64,000 bases of DNA from NCBI GenBank assembly GCA_964016885.1, contig OZ024743.1:142972001-143036000 (forward strand). Reading direction: 5' to 3'. The position numbers and the translations under genes are program-made. The stretch comes from Eledone cirrhosa (taxonomy: Eukaryota). Positions 23,471 through 36,400 of this stretch are shown one piece after another (the first letter of the stretch is position 1; the number at the start of each line of letters is the position of its first letter). Below the pieces are notes generated by a model, which was given only the letters and a program-made list of their open reading frames with translations, made no database searches and was not told the origin of the DNA.

Positions 23471-25810
23471 GTATTTGGTGCTTGGTGTTTGGTATTTGGT
23501 GCTTCGTGCTTGGTGTTTGGTGATTGGTGCTTGGTGCTTGGTGCTTGGTGTTTGGTGCTTGGTGCTTGGTGTTTGGTGTTTGGTGTTTGGTGCTTGGTGC
23601 TTGGTACTTGGTGTTTGGTGCTTGGTGCTTGGTGCTTGGTGCTTGGTGCCTGGTGTTTGGTGTTTGGTGTTTGGTGCTTGGTGCTTGGTGTTTGGTATTT
23701 GGTGCTTGGTGCTTCGTGTCTGGTGCTTGGTATTTGGTGCTTGGTGTTTGGTGCTTGGTGCTTGGTGTTTGGTGATTGGTGCTTGGTACTTGGTGTTTGG
23801 TGCTCGGTGCTTGGTGCTTGGTGTTTCGTGCTTGCTGCTTGGTGTTTGGTGCTTGGTGCTTGGTGTTTGTTGCTTGGTGCTTGGTGCTTGGTGTTTGGTG
23901 CTTGGTGCTTAGTGTTTGGTGTTTGGTGTTTGGTGCTTGGTGCTTGGTGCTTGGTGCTTGGTGTTTTGTGCTTGGAGCCTGGTGTTTGGTGTTTGGTGCT
24001 TGGTGCTTGGTGTTTGGTGTTTGGTGCTTGGTGTTTTGTGTTTGGTGCTTGGTTCTTGGTGTTTGGTGTTTGGTGATTGGTGCTTGGTGTTTGGTGCTTG
24101 GGGTTTGGTGCTTGGTGCTTGGTGTATGGTGTTTGGTGCTTGGAGCTTGGTGTTTGGTGTTTGGTGCTTCATGCTTGGTGTTTGGTGCTTGGTGCTTGGT
24201 GTTGTTGTTTGGTGCTTGGTGCTTGGTGTTTGGTGTTTGGTGTTTGCTGTTTGCTGTTTGGTGTTTGCTGTTTGGTGTTTGCTGTTTGGTGTTTGGTGTT
24301 GGTGTTTGGTGTTTGGTGCTTGGTGCTTTGTTTTTGCTCTTTGGTGCTTTGTGCTTGGTGTTTGGTGTTTGGTGCTTAGTGCTTGGTGTTTGGTGTTTGG
24401 TGCTTGGAGCTTGGTGCTTGGTGCTTGCTGCTTGCTGCTTGGTGCCTGGTGTTTGGTGTTTGGTGTTTGGTGCTTGGTGCTTGGTGATTTGTGTTTTTTG
24501 CTTGGTGCTTGGTGATTGGTGCTTGGTGCCTGGTGTTTGGTGTTTGGTGTTTGGTGCTTGGTGCTTGGTGTTTGGTGTTTTGTGCTTGGTGCTAGGTGTT
24601 TGGTGTTTGGTGCTTGGCGTTTGCTGTTTGGCATTTGGGGTTTGGCATTTGCTGTTTGGCGTTTGGGGTTTGGCGTTTGCTTTTTGGCGTTTGCTGTTTG
24701 GTGTTTGGTGTTTGCTGTTTGCTGTTTGCTGTTTGCTGTTTGCTGTTTGCTGTTTGGTGTTTGCTGTTTGGTGTTTGCTGTTTGGTGCTTGGTACTTGGT
24801 GTTTGCTGCTTGGTGCTTGGTGTTTGGTGTTTGGTGCTTGGAGCTTGGTGTTTGGTGTTTGGTGCTTGGTGCTTGGTGTTTGGTGCTTGGTGCTTGGTGT
24901 TGTTGTTTGGTGCTTGGTACTTGGTGCTTGGTGTTTGGTGTTTGGTGTTTGCTGTTTGCTATTCGGTGTTTGCTGTTTGGTGTTTGCTGTTTGGTGTTTG
25001 CTGTTTGGTGTTTGCTGTTTGGTGTTTGGTGTTTGGTGTTTGGTGCTTGGTGCTTTGTTTTTGCTCTTTGGTGCTTTGTGCTTGGTGTTTGGTGTTTGGT
25101 GCTCAGTGCTTGGTGTTTGGTGTTTGGTGCTTGGTGCTTGGTGCTTGGTGATTGCTGCTTGGTGCTTGGTGCCTGGTGTTTGGTGTTTGGTGTTTGGTGC
25201 TTCGTGCTTGGTGCTTTGTGTTTTTTGCTTGGTGCTTGGTGATTGGTGCTTGGTGCCTGGTGTTTGGTGTTTGGTGTTTGGTGCTTGGTGCTTGGTGTTT
25301 GGTATTTGGTGCTTGGTGCTTCGTGTCTGGTGCTTGGTATTTGGTGCTTGGTGTTTGGTGCTTGGTGCTTGGTGCTTGGTGTTTGGTGCTTGGTGCTTGG
25401 TGCTTGGTATTTGGTGTTTGGTGCTTGGTTCTTGGTGTTTGGTGTTTGGTGCTTGGTGCTTGGTGTTTGGTATTTGGTGCTTCGTGCTTGGTGTTTGGTG
25501 ATTGGTGCTTGGTGCTTGGTGCTTGGTGTCTGGTGCTTGGTGCTTGGTGTTTGGTGTTTGGTGCTTGGTGCTTGGTGTTTGGTGTTTGGTGTTTGGTGCT
25601 TGGTGCTTGGTACTTGGTGTTTGGTGCTTGGTGCTTGGTGCTTGGTGCTTGGTGCTTGGTGTTTGGTGTTTAGTGCTTGGTGCTTGGTATTTGGCGTTTG
25701 GCGCTTGGTGCTTGGTGTTTGGTGTTTGGTGCTTGGTGTTTGGTGCTTGGTGCTTGGTGTTTGGTGTTTGGCGCTTGGTGCTTGGTGTTTTGTGCTTGGT
25801 GCTTGGTGCT

Positions 25811-27467
25811 TGGTGTTTGGTGTTTGCTGTTTGCTGTTCGCTGTTTGGTGTTTGGTGTTTCCTGTTTGGTGTTTGGTGTTTGCGGTTTGGTGTTTGCTAT
25901 TTGGTGTTTGGTATTTGGCGTTTGATGTTTGGCATTTGTTGTTTGATGTTTGGTGTTTGGTACTTGGTGTTTGCTGTTTGATGTTTGGTGATTGGTGTTT
26001 GATGTTTGGTGTTTGGTGCTTGGTGCTTGGTGCTTGGTGCTTAGTGTTTTATGTTTAGCGCTTGGTGCTTGGTGTTTTGTGCTTGGTGCTTGGTGCTTGG
26101 TGTTTGGTGCTTGGTTCTTGGTGTTTGGTGTTTGGTGATTGGTGCTTGGTGTTTGGTGCTTGGGGTTTGGTGCTTGGTGCTTGGTGATTGGTGCTTGGTG
26201 CTTGGTGTTTGGTGTTTGGTGTTTGGTGCTTGGTGCTTGGTACTTGGTGTTTTGTGTTTGGTGCTTGGTGCTTGGTGCTTGGTGCTTGGTGTTTGGTGCT
26301 TGGTGCTTGATGCTTGGTGCTTGGTGCTTGGTGTTTGGTGTTTAGTGCTTGGTGCTTGGTATTTGGTGTTTGGTGCTTGGTGCTTGGTGTTTGGTGTTTG
26401 GTGTTTGGTGCTTGGTGCTTGGTGTTTGGTGATTGGTGCTTGGTACTTGGTGTTTGGTGCTCGGTGCTTGGTGCTTGGTGTTTCGTGCTTCCTGCTTGGT
26501 GTTTGGTGCTTGGTGCTTGGTGTTTGTTGCTTGGTGTTTGGTGCTTGGTGTTTGGTGCTTGGTGCTTGGTGTTTGGTGTTTGGTGTTTGGTGCTTGGTGC
26601 TTGGTGCTTGGTGCTTGGTGTTTTGTGCTTGGAGCCTGGTGTTTGGTGTTTGCTGTTTGCTGTTCGCTGTTTGGTGTTTGGTGTTTCCTGTTTGGTGTTT
26701 GGTGTTTGCGGTTTGGTGTTTGCTATTTGGTGTTTGGTATTTGGCGTTTGATGTTTGGCATTTGTTGTTTGATGTTTGGTGTTTGGTACTTGGTGTTTGC
26801 TGTTTGATGTTTGGTGATTGGTGTTTGGTGTTTGGTGTTTGGTGCTTGGTGCTTGGTGCTTGGTGCTTAGTGTTTTATGTTTAGCGCTTGGTGCTTGGTG
26901 TTTTGTGCTTGGTGCTTGGTGCTTGGTGTTTGGTGCTTGGTTCTTGGTGTTTGGTGTTTGGTGATTGGTGCTTGGTGTTTGGTGCTTGGGGTTTGGTGCT
27001 TGGTGCTTGGTGATTGGTGCTTGGTGCTTGGTGTTTGGTGTTTGGTGTTTGGTGCTTGGTGCTTGGTACTTGGTGTTTTGTGTTTGGTGCTTGGTGCTTG
27101 GTGCTTGGTGCTTGGTGTTTGGTGCTTGGTGCTTGATGCTTGGTGCTTGGTGCTTGGTGTTTGGTGTTTAGTGCTTGGTGCTTGGTATTTGGTGTTTGGT
27201 GCTTGGTGCTTGGTGTTTGGTGTTTGGTGTTTGGTGCTTGGTGCTTGGTGTTTGGTGATTGGTGCTTGGTACTTGGTGTTTGGTGCTCGGTGCTTGGTGC
27301 TTGGTGTTTCGTGCTTCCTGCTTGGTGTTTGGTGCTTGGTGCTTGGTGTTTGTTGCTTGGTGTTTGGTGCTTGGTGTTTGGTGCTTGGTGCTTGGTGTTT
27401 GGTGTTTGGTGTTTGGTGCTTGGTGCTTGGTGCTTGGTGCTTGGTGTTTTGTGCTTGGAGCCTGGTG
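25811..27467. repeat. 826-bp local tandem duplication, second instance, carried by the 13.4 kb duplication
   Basis: The landmarks at 26051 and 26877 are 826 bp apart, with the same private motifs as at 12614/13440. The homologous module at 37854 lacks the duplication. Confidence 0.88.
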
Positions 27468-30400
27468 TTTGGTGTTTGGTGCTTGGTGCTTGGTGTTTGG
27501 TGTTTGATGCTTGGTTCTTGGTGTTTGGTGTTTGGTGATTGGTGCTTGGTGTTTGGTGCTTGGGGTTTGGTACTTGGTGCTTGGTGATTGGTGTTTGGTG
27601 CTTGGTGCTTGGTGTATGGTGTTTGGTGCTTGGAGCTTGGTGTTTGGTGTTTGGTGCTTCATGCTTGGTGTTTGGTGCTTGGTGCTTGGTGTTGTTGTTT
27701 GGTGCTTGGTGCTTGGTGCTTGGTGTTTGGTGTTTGGTGTTTGCTGTTTGCTGTTTGGTGTTTGCTGTTTGGTGTTTGCTGTTTGGTGTTTGGTGTTTGG
27801 TGTTTGGTGTTTGGTGCTTGGTGCTTTGTTTTTGCTCTTTGGTGCTTTGTGCTTGGTGTTTGGTGTTTGGTGCTTAGTGCTTGGTGTTTGGTGTTTGGTG
27901 CTTGGTGCTTGGTGCTTGCTGCTTGGTGCTTGGTGCCTGGTGTTTGGTGTTTGGTGTTTGGTGCTTGGTGCTTGGTGATTTGTGTTTTTTGCTTGGTGCT
28001 TGGTGATTGGTGCTTGGTGCCTGGTGTTTGGTGTTTGGTGTTTGGTGCTTGGTGCTTGGTGTTTGGTGTTTTGTGCTTGGTGCTTGGCGTTTGCTGTTTG
28101 GCATTTGGGGTTTTGCATTTGCTGTTTGGCGTTTGGGGTTTGGCGTTTGCTTTTTGGCGTTTGCTGTTTGCTGTTTGGTGTTTGCTGTTTGGTGTTTGCT
28201 GTTTGGTGTTTGCTGTTTGGTGTTTGCTGTTTGGTGCTTGGTGCTTGGTGTTTGGTGCATGGTGCTTGGTGCTTGGTGCTTGGTGTTTGGTGCTTGGTGC
28301 TTGGTGTTGGGTGCTTGGGACTTGGTGCTTGGTGTTTGGTGCTTGGTGTTTGGTGTTTGGTGCTTGGTGCTTGGTGTTTGGTGTTTGGTGCTTGGTATTT
28401 GCTGTTTGGTGCTTGGTGCTTGGTGTTTGGTGCTTGGTGCTTGGTGCTTGGTGTTTGGTGCTTGGTGCTTGGTGCTTGGTGCTTGATGCTTGGTGCTTGT
28501 TGCTTGGTGTTTGCTGTTTGGTGTTCGCTGTTTGGTGTTTGGTGTTTCCTGTTTGGTGTTTGGTGTTTGCGGTTTGGTGTTTGCTATTTGGTGTTTGGTG
28601 TTTGGCGTTTGAAGTTTGGCATTTGTTGTTTGTTGTTTGCTGTTTGGTGTTTGATGTTTGGTGTTTGGTGTTTGGTGTTTGCTGTTTGATGTTTGGTGAT
28701 TGGTGTTTGATGTTTGGTGTTTGGTGCTTGGTGCTTGGTGCTTAGTGTTTTATGTTTAGCGCTTGGTGCTTGGTGTTTTGTGCTTGGTGCTTGGTGCTTG
28801 GTGTTTGGTGCTTGGTTCTTGGTGTTTGGTGTTTGGTGATTGGTGCTTGGTGTTTGGTGCTTGGGGTTTGGTGCTTGGTGCTTGGTGATTGGTGTTTGTT
28901 GCTTGGTGCTTGGTATTTGGTGTTTGGTGCTTGGAGCTTGGTATTTGGTGTTTGGTGCTTGGTGCTTGGTGTTTGGTGTTTGGTGTTTGGTGCTTGGTGC
29001 TTGGTACTTGGTGTTTTGTGTTTGGTGCTTGGTGCTTGGTGCTTGGTGCTTGGTGTTTGGTGCTTGGTGCTTGATGCTTGGTGCTTGGTGCTTGGTGTTT
29101 GGTGTTTAGTGCTTGGTGCTTGGTATTTGGTGTTTGGTGCTTGGTTCTTGGTGTTTGGTGTTTGGTGCTAGTTGTTTGGTGTTTGGTGTTTGGTGCTTGG
29201 TGCTTGGTGTTTGGTGATTGGTGCTTGGTACTTGGTGTTTGGTGCTCGGTGCTTGGTGCTTGGTGCTTGGTGTTTCGTGCTTGGTGCTTGGTGTTTGGTG
29301 CTTGGTGCTTGGTGTTTGTTGCTTGGTGCTTGGTGCTTGGTGTTTGGTGCTTGGTGTTTGGTGTTTGGTGTTTGGTGCTTGGTGCTTGGTGCTTGGTGTT
29401 TGGTGCTTGGTGCTTGGTGTTTTGTGTTTGGTGCTTGGTTCTTGGTGTTTGGTGTTTGGTGATTGGTGCTTGGTGTTTGGTGCTTGGTGTTTGGTGCTTG
29501 GTGCTTGGTGATTGGTGTTTGCTGCTTGGTGCTTGGTGTTTGGTGTTTGGTGCTTGGAGCTTGGTGTTTGGTGTTTGGTGCTTGGTGCTTGGTGCTTGGT
29601 GATTGGTGCTTGGTGCTTGGTGTTTGGTGTTTGGTGTTTGGTGCTTGGTGCTTGGTACTTGGTGTTTTGTGTTTGGTGCTTGGTGCTTGGTGCTTGGTGC
29701 TTGGTGTTTGGTGCTTGGTGCTTGATGCTTGGTGCTTGGTGCTTGGTGTTTGGTGTTTAGTGCTTGGTGCTTGGTATTTGGTGTTTGGTGCTTGGTGCTT
29801 GGTGTTTGGTGTTTGGTGTTTGGTGCTTGGTGCTTGGTGTTTGGTGATTGGTGCTTGGTACTTGGTGTTTGGTGCTCGGTGCTTGGTGCTTGGTGTTTCG
29901 TGCTTGCTGCTTGGTGTTTGGTGCTTGGTGCTTGGTGTTTGTTGCTTGGTGCTTGGTGCTTGGTGTTTGGTGCTTGGTGCTTAGTGTTTGGTGTTTGGTG
30001 TTTGGTGCTTGGTGCTTGGTGCTTGGTGTTTTGTGCTTGGAGCCTGGTGTTTGGTGTTTGGTGCTTGGTGCTTGGTGTTTGGTGTTTGGTGCTTGGTGCT
30101 TGGTGTTTTGTGTTTGGTGCTTGGTTCTTGGTGTTTGGTGTTTGGTGATTGGTGCTTGGTGTTTGGTGCTTGGGGTTTGGTGCTTGGTGCTTGGTGATTG
30201 GTGTTTGGTGCTTGGTGCTTGGTGTATGGTGTTTGGTGCTTGGAGCTTGGTGTTTGGTGTTTGGTGCTTCATGCTTGGTGTTTGGTGCTTGGTACTTGGT
30301 GTTGTTGTTTGGTGCTTGGTGCTTGGTGCTTGGTGTTTGGTGTTTGGTGTTTGCTGTTTGCTGTTTGGTGTTTGCTGTTTGGTGTTTGCTGTTTGGTGTT

Positions 30401-33400
30401 TGGTGTTTGGTGTTTGCTGTTTGGTGCTTGGTGCTTTGTTTTTGCTCTTTGGTGCTTTGTGCTTGGTGTTTGGTGTTTGGTGCTTAGTGCTTGGTGTTTG
30501 GTGTTTGGTGCTTGGTGCTTGGTGCTTGGTGCTTGCTGCTTGCTGCTTGGTGCCTGGTGTTTGGTGTTTGGTGTTTGGTGCTTGGTGCTTGGTGATTTGT
30601 GTTTTTTGCTTGGTGCTTGGTGATTGGTGCTTGGTGCCTGGTGTTTGGTGTTTGGTGTTTGGTGCTTGGTGCTTGGTGTTTGGTGTTTTGTGCTTGGTGC
30701 TAGGTGTTTGGTGTTTGGTGCTTGGCGTTTGCTGTTTGGCATTTGGGGTTTGGCATTTGCTGTTTGGCGTTTGGGGTTTGGCGTTTGCTTTTTGGCGTTT
30801 GCTGTTTGGTGTTTGGTGTTTGCTGTTTGCTGTTTGGTGTTTGCTGTTTGGTGTTTGCTGTTTGGTGTTTGCTGTTTGGTGCTTGGTGCTTGGTGTTTGC
30901 TGCTTGGTGCTTGGTGTTTGGTGTTTGGTGCTTGGAGCTTGGTGTTTGGTGTTTGGTGCTTGGTGCTTGGTGTTTGGTGCTTGGTGCTTGGTGTTGTTGT
31001 TTGGTGCTTGGTACTTGGTGCTTGGTGTTTGGTGTTTGGTGTTTGCTGTTTGCTGTTTGGTGTTTGCTGTTTGGTGTTTGGTGTTTGGTGTTTGCTGTTT
31101 GATGTTTGGTGATTGGTGTTTGATGTTTGGTGTTTGGTGCTTGGTGCTTGGTGCTTGGTGCTTAGTGTTTTTTGTTTAGCGCTTGGTGCTTGGTGTTTTG
31201 TGCTTGGTGCTTGGTGCTTGGTGTTTGGTGCTTGGTTCTTGGTGTTTGGTGTTTGGTGATTGGTGCTTGGTGTTTGGTGCTTGGGGTTTGGTGCTTGGTG
31301 CTTGGTGATTGGTGTTTGCTGCTTGGTGCTTGGTATTTGGTGTTTGGTGCTTGGAGCTTGGTATTTGGTGTTTGGTGCTTGGTGCTTGGTGTTTGGTGTT
31401 TGGTGTTTGGTGCTTGGTGCTTGGTACTTGGTGTTTTGTGTTTGGTGCTTGGTGCTTGGTGCTTGGTGCTTGGTGTTTGGTGCTTGGTGCTTGATGCTTG
31501 GTGCTTGGTGCTTGGTGTTTGGTGTTTAGTGCTTGGTGCTTGGTATTTGGTATTTGGTGCTTGGTTCTTGGTGTTTGGTGTTTGGTGCTTGGTGCTAGGT
31601 GTCTGGTGTTTGGTGTTTGGTGCTTGGTGCTTGGTGTTTGGTGATTGGTGCTTGGTACTTGCTGTTTGGTGCTCGGTGCTTGGTGCTTGGTGTTTCGTGC
31701 TTGGTGCTTGGTGTTTGGTGCTTGGTGCTTGGTGTTTGTTGCTTGGTGCTTGGTGCTTGGTGTTTGGTGCTAGGTGCTTGGTGTGTCTGGTGTTTGGTGT
31801 TTGGTGCTTGGTGCTTGGTGCTTGGTGTTTGGTGCTTGGTGCTTGGTGTTTTGTGTTTGGTGCTTGGTTCTTGGTGTTTGGTGTTTGGTGATTGGTGATT
31901 GGTGTTTGGTGCTTGGTGTTTGGTGCTTGGTGCTTGGTGATTGGTGTTTGCTGCTTGGTGCTTGGTGTTTGGTGTTTGGTGCTTGGAGCTTGGTGTTTGG
32001 TGTTTGGTGCTTGGTGCTTGGTGTTTGGTGCTTGGTGCTTGGTGTTGTTGTTTGGTGCTTGGTACTTGGTGCTTGGTGTTTGGTGTTTGGTGTTTGCTGT
32101 TTGCTGTTTGGTGTTTGCTGTTTGGTGTTTGCTGTTTGGTGTTTGGTGTTTGATGTTTGGTGTTTGGTGCTTGGTGCTTTGTTTTTGCTCTTTGGTGCTT
32201 TGTGCTTGGTGTTTGGTGTTTGGTGCTTAGTGCTTGGTGTTTGGTGTTTGGTGCTTGGTGCTTGGTGCTTGGTGCTTGCTGCTTGGTGCTTGGTGCCTGG
32301 TGTTTGGTGTTTGGTGTTTGGTGCTTGGTGCTTGGTGCTTTGTGTTTTTTGCTTGGTGCTTGGTGATTGGTGCTTGGTGCCTGGTGTTTGGTGTTTGGTG
32401 TTTGGTGCTTGGTGCTTGGTGTTTGGTATTTGGTGATTGGTGCTTCGTGTCTGGTGCTTGGTATTTGGTGCTTGGTGTTTGGTGCTTGGTGCTTGGTGCT
32501 TGGTGTTTGGTGCTTGGTGCTTGGTGCTTGGTATTTGGTGTTTGGTGCTTGGTGCTTGGTGTTTGGTGTTTGGTGCTTGGTGCTTGGTGTTTGGTATTTG
32601 GTGCTTCGTGCTTGGTGTTTGGTGATTGGTGCTTGTTGTTTGGTGCTTGGTGTCTGGTGCTTGGTGCTTGGTGTTTGGTGTTTGGTGCTTGGTGCTTGGT
32701 GTTTGGTGTTTGGTGTTTGGTGCTTGGTGCTTGGTACTTGGTGTTTGGTGCTTGGTGCTTGGTGCTTGGTGTTTGGTGTTTGGTGCTTGGTGCTTGGTGT
32801 TTGGTGTTTGGTGCTTCGTGCTTGGTGTTTGGTGATTGGTGCTTGGTGCTTGGTGCTTGGTGTTTGGTGTTTGGTGCTTGGTGTTTGGTGTTTGGTGTTT
32901 GGTGCTTGGTGCTTGGTACTTGGTGTTTTGTGTTTGGTGCTTGGTGCTTGGTGCTTGGTGCTTGGTGTTTGGTGCTTGGTGCTTGATGCTTGGTGCTTGG
33001 TGCTTGGTGTTTGGTGTTTAGTGCTTGGTGCTTGGTATTTGGTGTTTGGCGCTTGGTGATTGGTGTTTGGTGTTTGGTGCTTGGTGTTTGGTGCTTGGTG
33101 CTTGGTGTTTGGTGTTTGGCGCTTGGTGCTTGGTGTTTTGTGCTTGGTGCTTGGTGCTTGGTGTTTGGTGTTTGCTGTTTGGTGTTCGCTGTTTGGTGTT
33201 TGGTGTTTCCAGTTTGGTGTTTGGTGTTTGCGGTTTGGTGTTTGCTATTTGGTGTTTGGTGTTTGGCGTTTGAAGTTTGGCATTTGTTGTTTGTTGTTTG
33301 CTGTTTGGTGTTTGATGTTTGGTGTTTGGTGTTTGGTGTTTGCTGTTTGATGTTTGGTGATTGGTGTTTGATGTTTGGTGTTTGGTGCTTGGTGCTTGGT

Positions 33401-36400
33401 GCTTGGTGCTTAGTGTTTTATGTTTAGCGCTTGGTGCTTGGTGTTTTGTGCTTGGTGCTTGGTGCTTGGTGTTTGGTGCTTGGTCCTTGGTGTTTGGTGT
33501 TTGGTGATTGGTGCTTGGTGTTTGGTGCTTGGGGTTTGGTGCTTGGTGCTTGGTGATTGGTGTTCGTTGCTTGGTGCTTGGTATTTGGTGTTTGGTGCTT
33601 GGAGCTTGGTATTTGGTGTTTGGTGCTTGGTGCTTGGTGTTTGGTGTTTGGTGTTTGGTGCTTGGTGCTTGGTACTTGGTGTTTTGTGTTTGGTGCTTGG
33701 TGCTTGGTGTTTGGTGCTTGGTGTTTGGTGCTTGGTGCTTGATGCTTGGTGCTTGGTGCTTGGTGTTTGGTGTTTAGTGCTTGGTGCTTGGTATTTGGTG
33801 TTTGGTGCTTGGTTCTTGGTGTTTGGTGTTTGGTGCTTGGTGCTAGGTGTTTGGTGTTTGGTGTTTGGTGCTTGGTGCTTGGTGTTTGGTGATTGGTGCT
33901 TGGTACTTGGTGTTTGGTGCTCGGTGCTTGGTGCTTGGTGTTTCGTGCTTGGTGCTTGGTGTTTGGTGCTTGGTGCTTGGTGTTTGTTGCTTGGTGCTTG
34001 GTGCTTGGTGTTTGGTGCTAGGTGCTTGGTGTTTGGTGTTTGGTGTTTGGTGCTTGGTGCTTGGTGCTTGGTGTTTGGTGCTTGGTGTTTGGTGTTTTGT
34101 GTTTGGTGCTTGGTTCTTGGTGTTTGGTGTTTGGTGATTGGTGCTTGGTGTTTGGTGCTTGGTGTTTGGTGCTTGGTGCTTGGTGATTGGTGTTTGCTGC
34201 TTGGTGCTTGGTGTTTGGTGTTTGGTGCTTGGAGCTTGGTGTTTGGTGTTTGGTGCTTGTTGCTTGGTGTTTGGTGCTTGGTGCTTGGTGTTGTTGTTTG
34301 GTGCTTGGTACTTGGTGCTTGGTGTTTGGTGTTTGGTGTTTGCTGTTTTCTGTTTGGTGTTTGCTGTTTGGTGTTTACTGTTTGGTGTTTGGTGTTTGGT
34401 GTTTGGTGTTTGGTGCTTGGTGCTTTGTTTTTGCTCTTTGGTGCTTTGTGCTTGGTGTTTGGTGTTTGGTGCTTAGTGCTTGGTGTTTGGTGTTTGGTGC
34501 TTGGTGTTTGGTGCTTGGTGCTTGCTGCTTGGTGCTTGGTGCCTGGTGTTTGGTGTTTGGTGTTTGGTGCTTGGTGCTTGGTGCTTTGTGTTTTTTGCTT
34601 GGTGCTTGGTGATTGGTGCTTGGTGCCTGGTGTTTGGTGTTTGGTGTTTGGTGCTTGGTGCTTGGTGTTTGGTATTTGGTGCTTCGTGCTTGGTGTTTGG
34701 TGATTGGTGCTTGGTGCTTGGTGCTTGGTGTCTGGTGCTTGGTGCTTGGTGTTTGGTGTTTGGTGCTTGGTGCTTGGTGTTTGGTGTTTGGTGTTTGGTG
34801 CTTCGTGCTTGGTACTTGGTGTTTGGTGCTTGGTGCTTGGTGCTTGGTGCTTGGTGTTTGGTGTTTAGTGCTTGGTGCTTGGTATTTGGTGTTTGGCGCT
34901 TGGTGCTTGGTGTTTGGTGTTCGGTGCTTGGTGTTTGGTGCTTGGTGCTTGGTGTTTGGTGTTTGGCGCTTGGTGCTTGGTGTTTTGTGCTTGGTGCTTG
35001 GTGCTTGGTGTTTGGTGTTTGCTGTTTGCTGTTCGCTGTTTGGTGTTTGGTGTTTCCTGTTTGGTGTTTGGTGTTTGCGGTTTGGTGTTTGCTATTTGGT
35101 GTTTGGTGTTTGGCGTTTGATGTTTGGCATTTGTTGTTTGCTGTTTGATGTTTGGTGATTGGTGTTTGATGTTTGGTGTTTGGTGCTTGGTGCTTGGTGC
35201 TTGGTGCTTAGTGTTTTATGTTTAGCGCTTGGTGCTTGGTGTTTTGTGCTTGGTGCTTGGTGCTTGGTGTTTGGTGCTTGGTTCTTGGTGTTTGGTGTTT
35301 GGTGATTGGTGCTTGGTGTTTGGTGCTTGGGGTTTGGTGCTTGGTGCTTGGTGATTGGTGCTTGGTGCTTGGTGTTTGGTGTTTGGTGTTTGGTGCTTGG
35401 TGCTTGGTACTTGGTGTTTTGTGTTTGGTGCTTGGTGCTTGGTGCTTGGTGCTTGGTGTTTGGTGCTTGGTGCTTGATGCTTGGTGCTTGGTGCTTGGTG
35501 TTTGGTGTTTAGTGCTTGGTGCTTGGTATTTGGTGTTTGGTGCTTGGTGCTTGGTGTTTGGTGTTTGGTGTTTGGTGCTTGGTGCTTGGTGTTTGGTGAT
35601 TGGTGCTTGGTACTTGGTGTTTGGTGCTCGGTGCTTGGTGCTTGGTGTTTCGTGCTTGCTGCTTGGTGTTTGGTGCTTGGTGCTTGGTGTTTGTTGCTTG
35701 GTGCTTGGTGCTTGGTGTTTGGTGCTTGGTGCTTAGTGTTTGGTGTTTGGTGTTTGGTGTTTGGTGCTTGGTGCTTGTTGCTTGGTGCTTGGTGTTTTGT
35801 GCTTGGAGCCTGGTGTTTGGTGTTTGGTGCTTGGTGCTTGGTGTTTGGTGTTTGGTGCTTGGTGCTTGGTGTTTTGTGTTTGGTGCTTGGTTCTTGGTGT
35901 TTGGTGTTTGGTGATTGGTGCTTGCTGTTTGGTGCTTGGGGTTTGGTGCTTGGTGCTTGGTGATTGGTGTTTGGTGCTTGGTGCTTGGTGTATGGTGTTT
36001 GGTGCTTGGAGCTTGGTGTTTGTTGTTTGGTGCTTCATGCTTGGTGTTTGGTGCTTGGTGCTTGGTGTTGTTGTTTGGTGCTTGGTGCTTGGTGTTTGGT
36101 GTTTGGTGTTTGCTGTTTGCTGTTTGGTGTTTGCTGTTTGGTGTTTGCTGTTTGGTGTTTGGTGTTGGTGTTTGGTGTTTGGTGCTTGGTGCTTTGTTTT
36201 TGCTCTTTGGTGCTTTGTGCTTGGTGTTTGGTGTTTGGTGCTTAGTGCTTGGTGTTTGGTGTTTGGTGCTTGGAGCTTGGTGCTTGGTGCTTGCTGCTTG
36301 CTGCTTGGTGCCTGGTGTTTGGTGTTTGGTGTTTGGTGCTTGGTGCTTGGTGATTTGTGTTTTTTGCTTGGTGCTTGGTGATTGGTGCTTGGTGCCTGGT

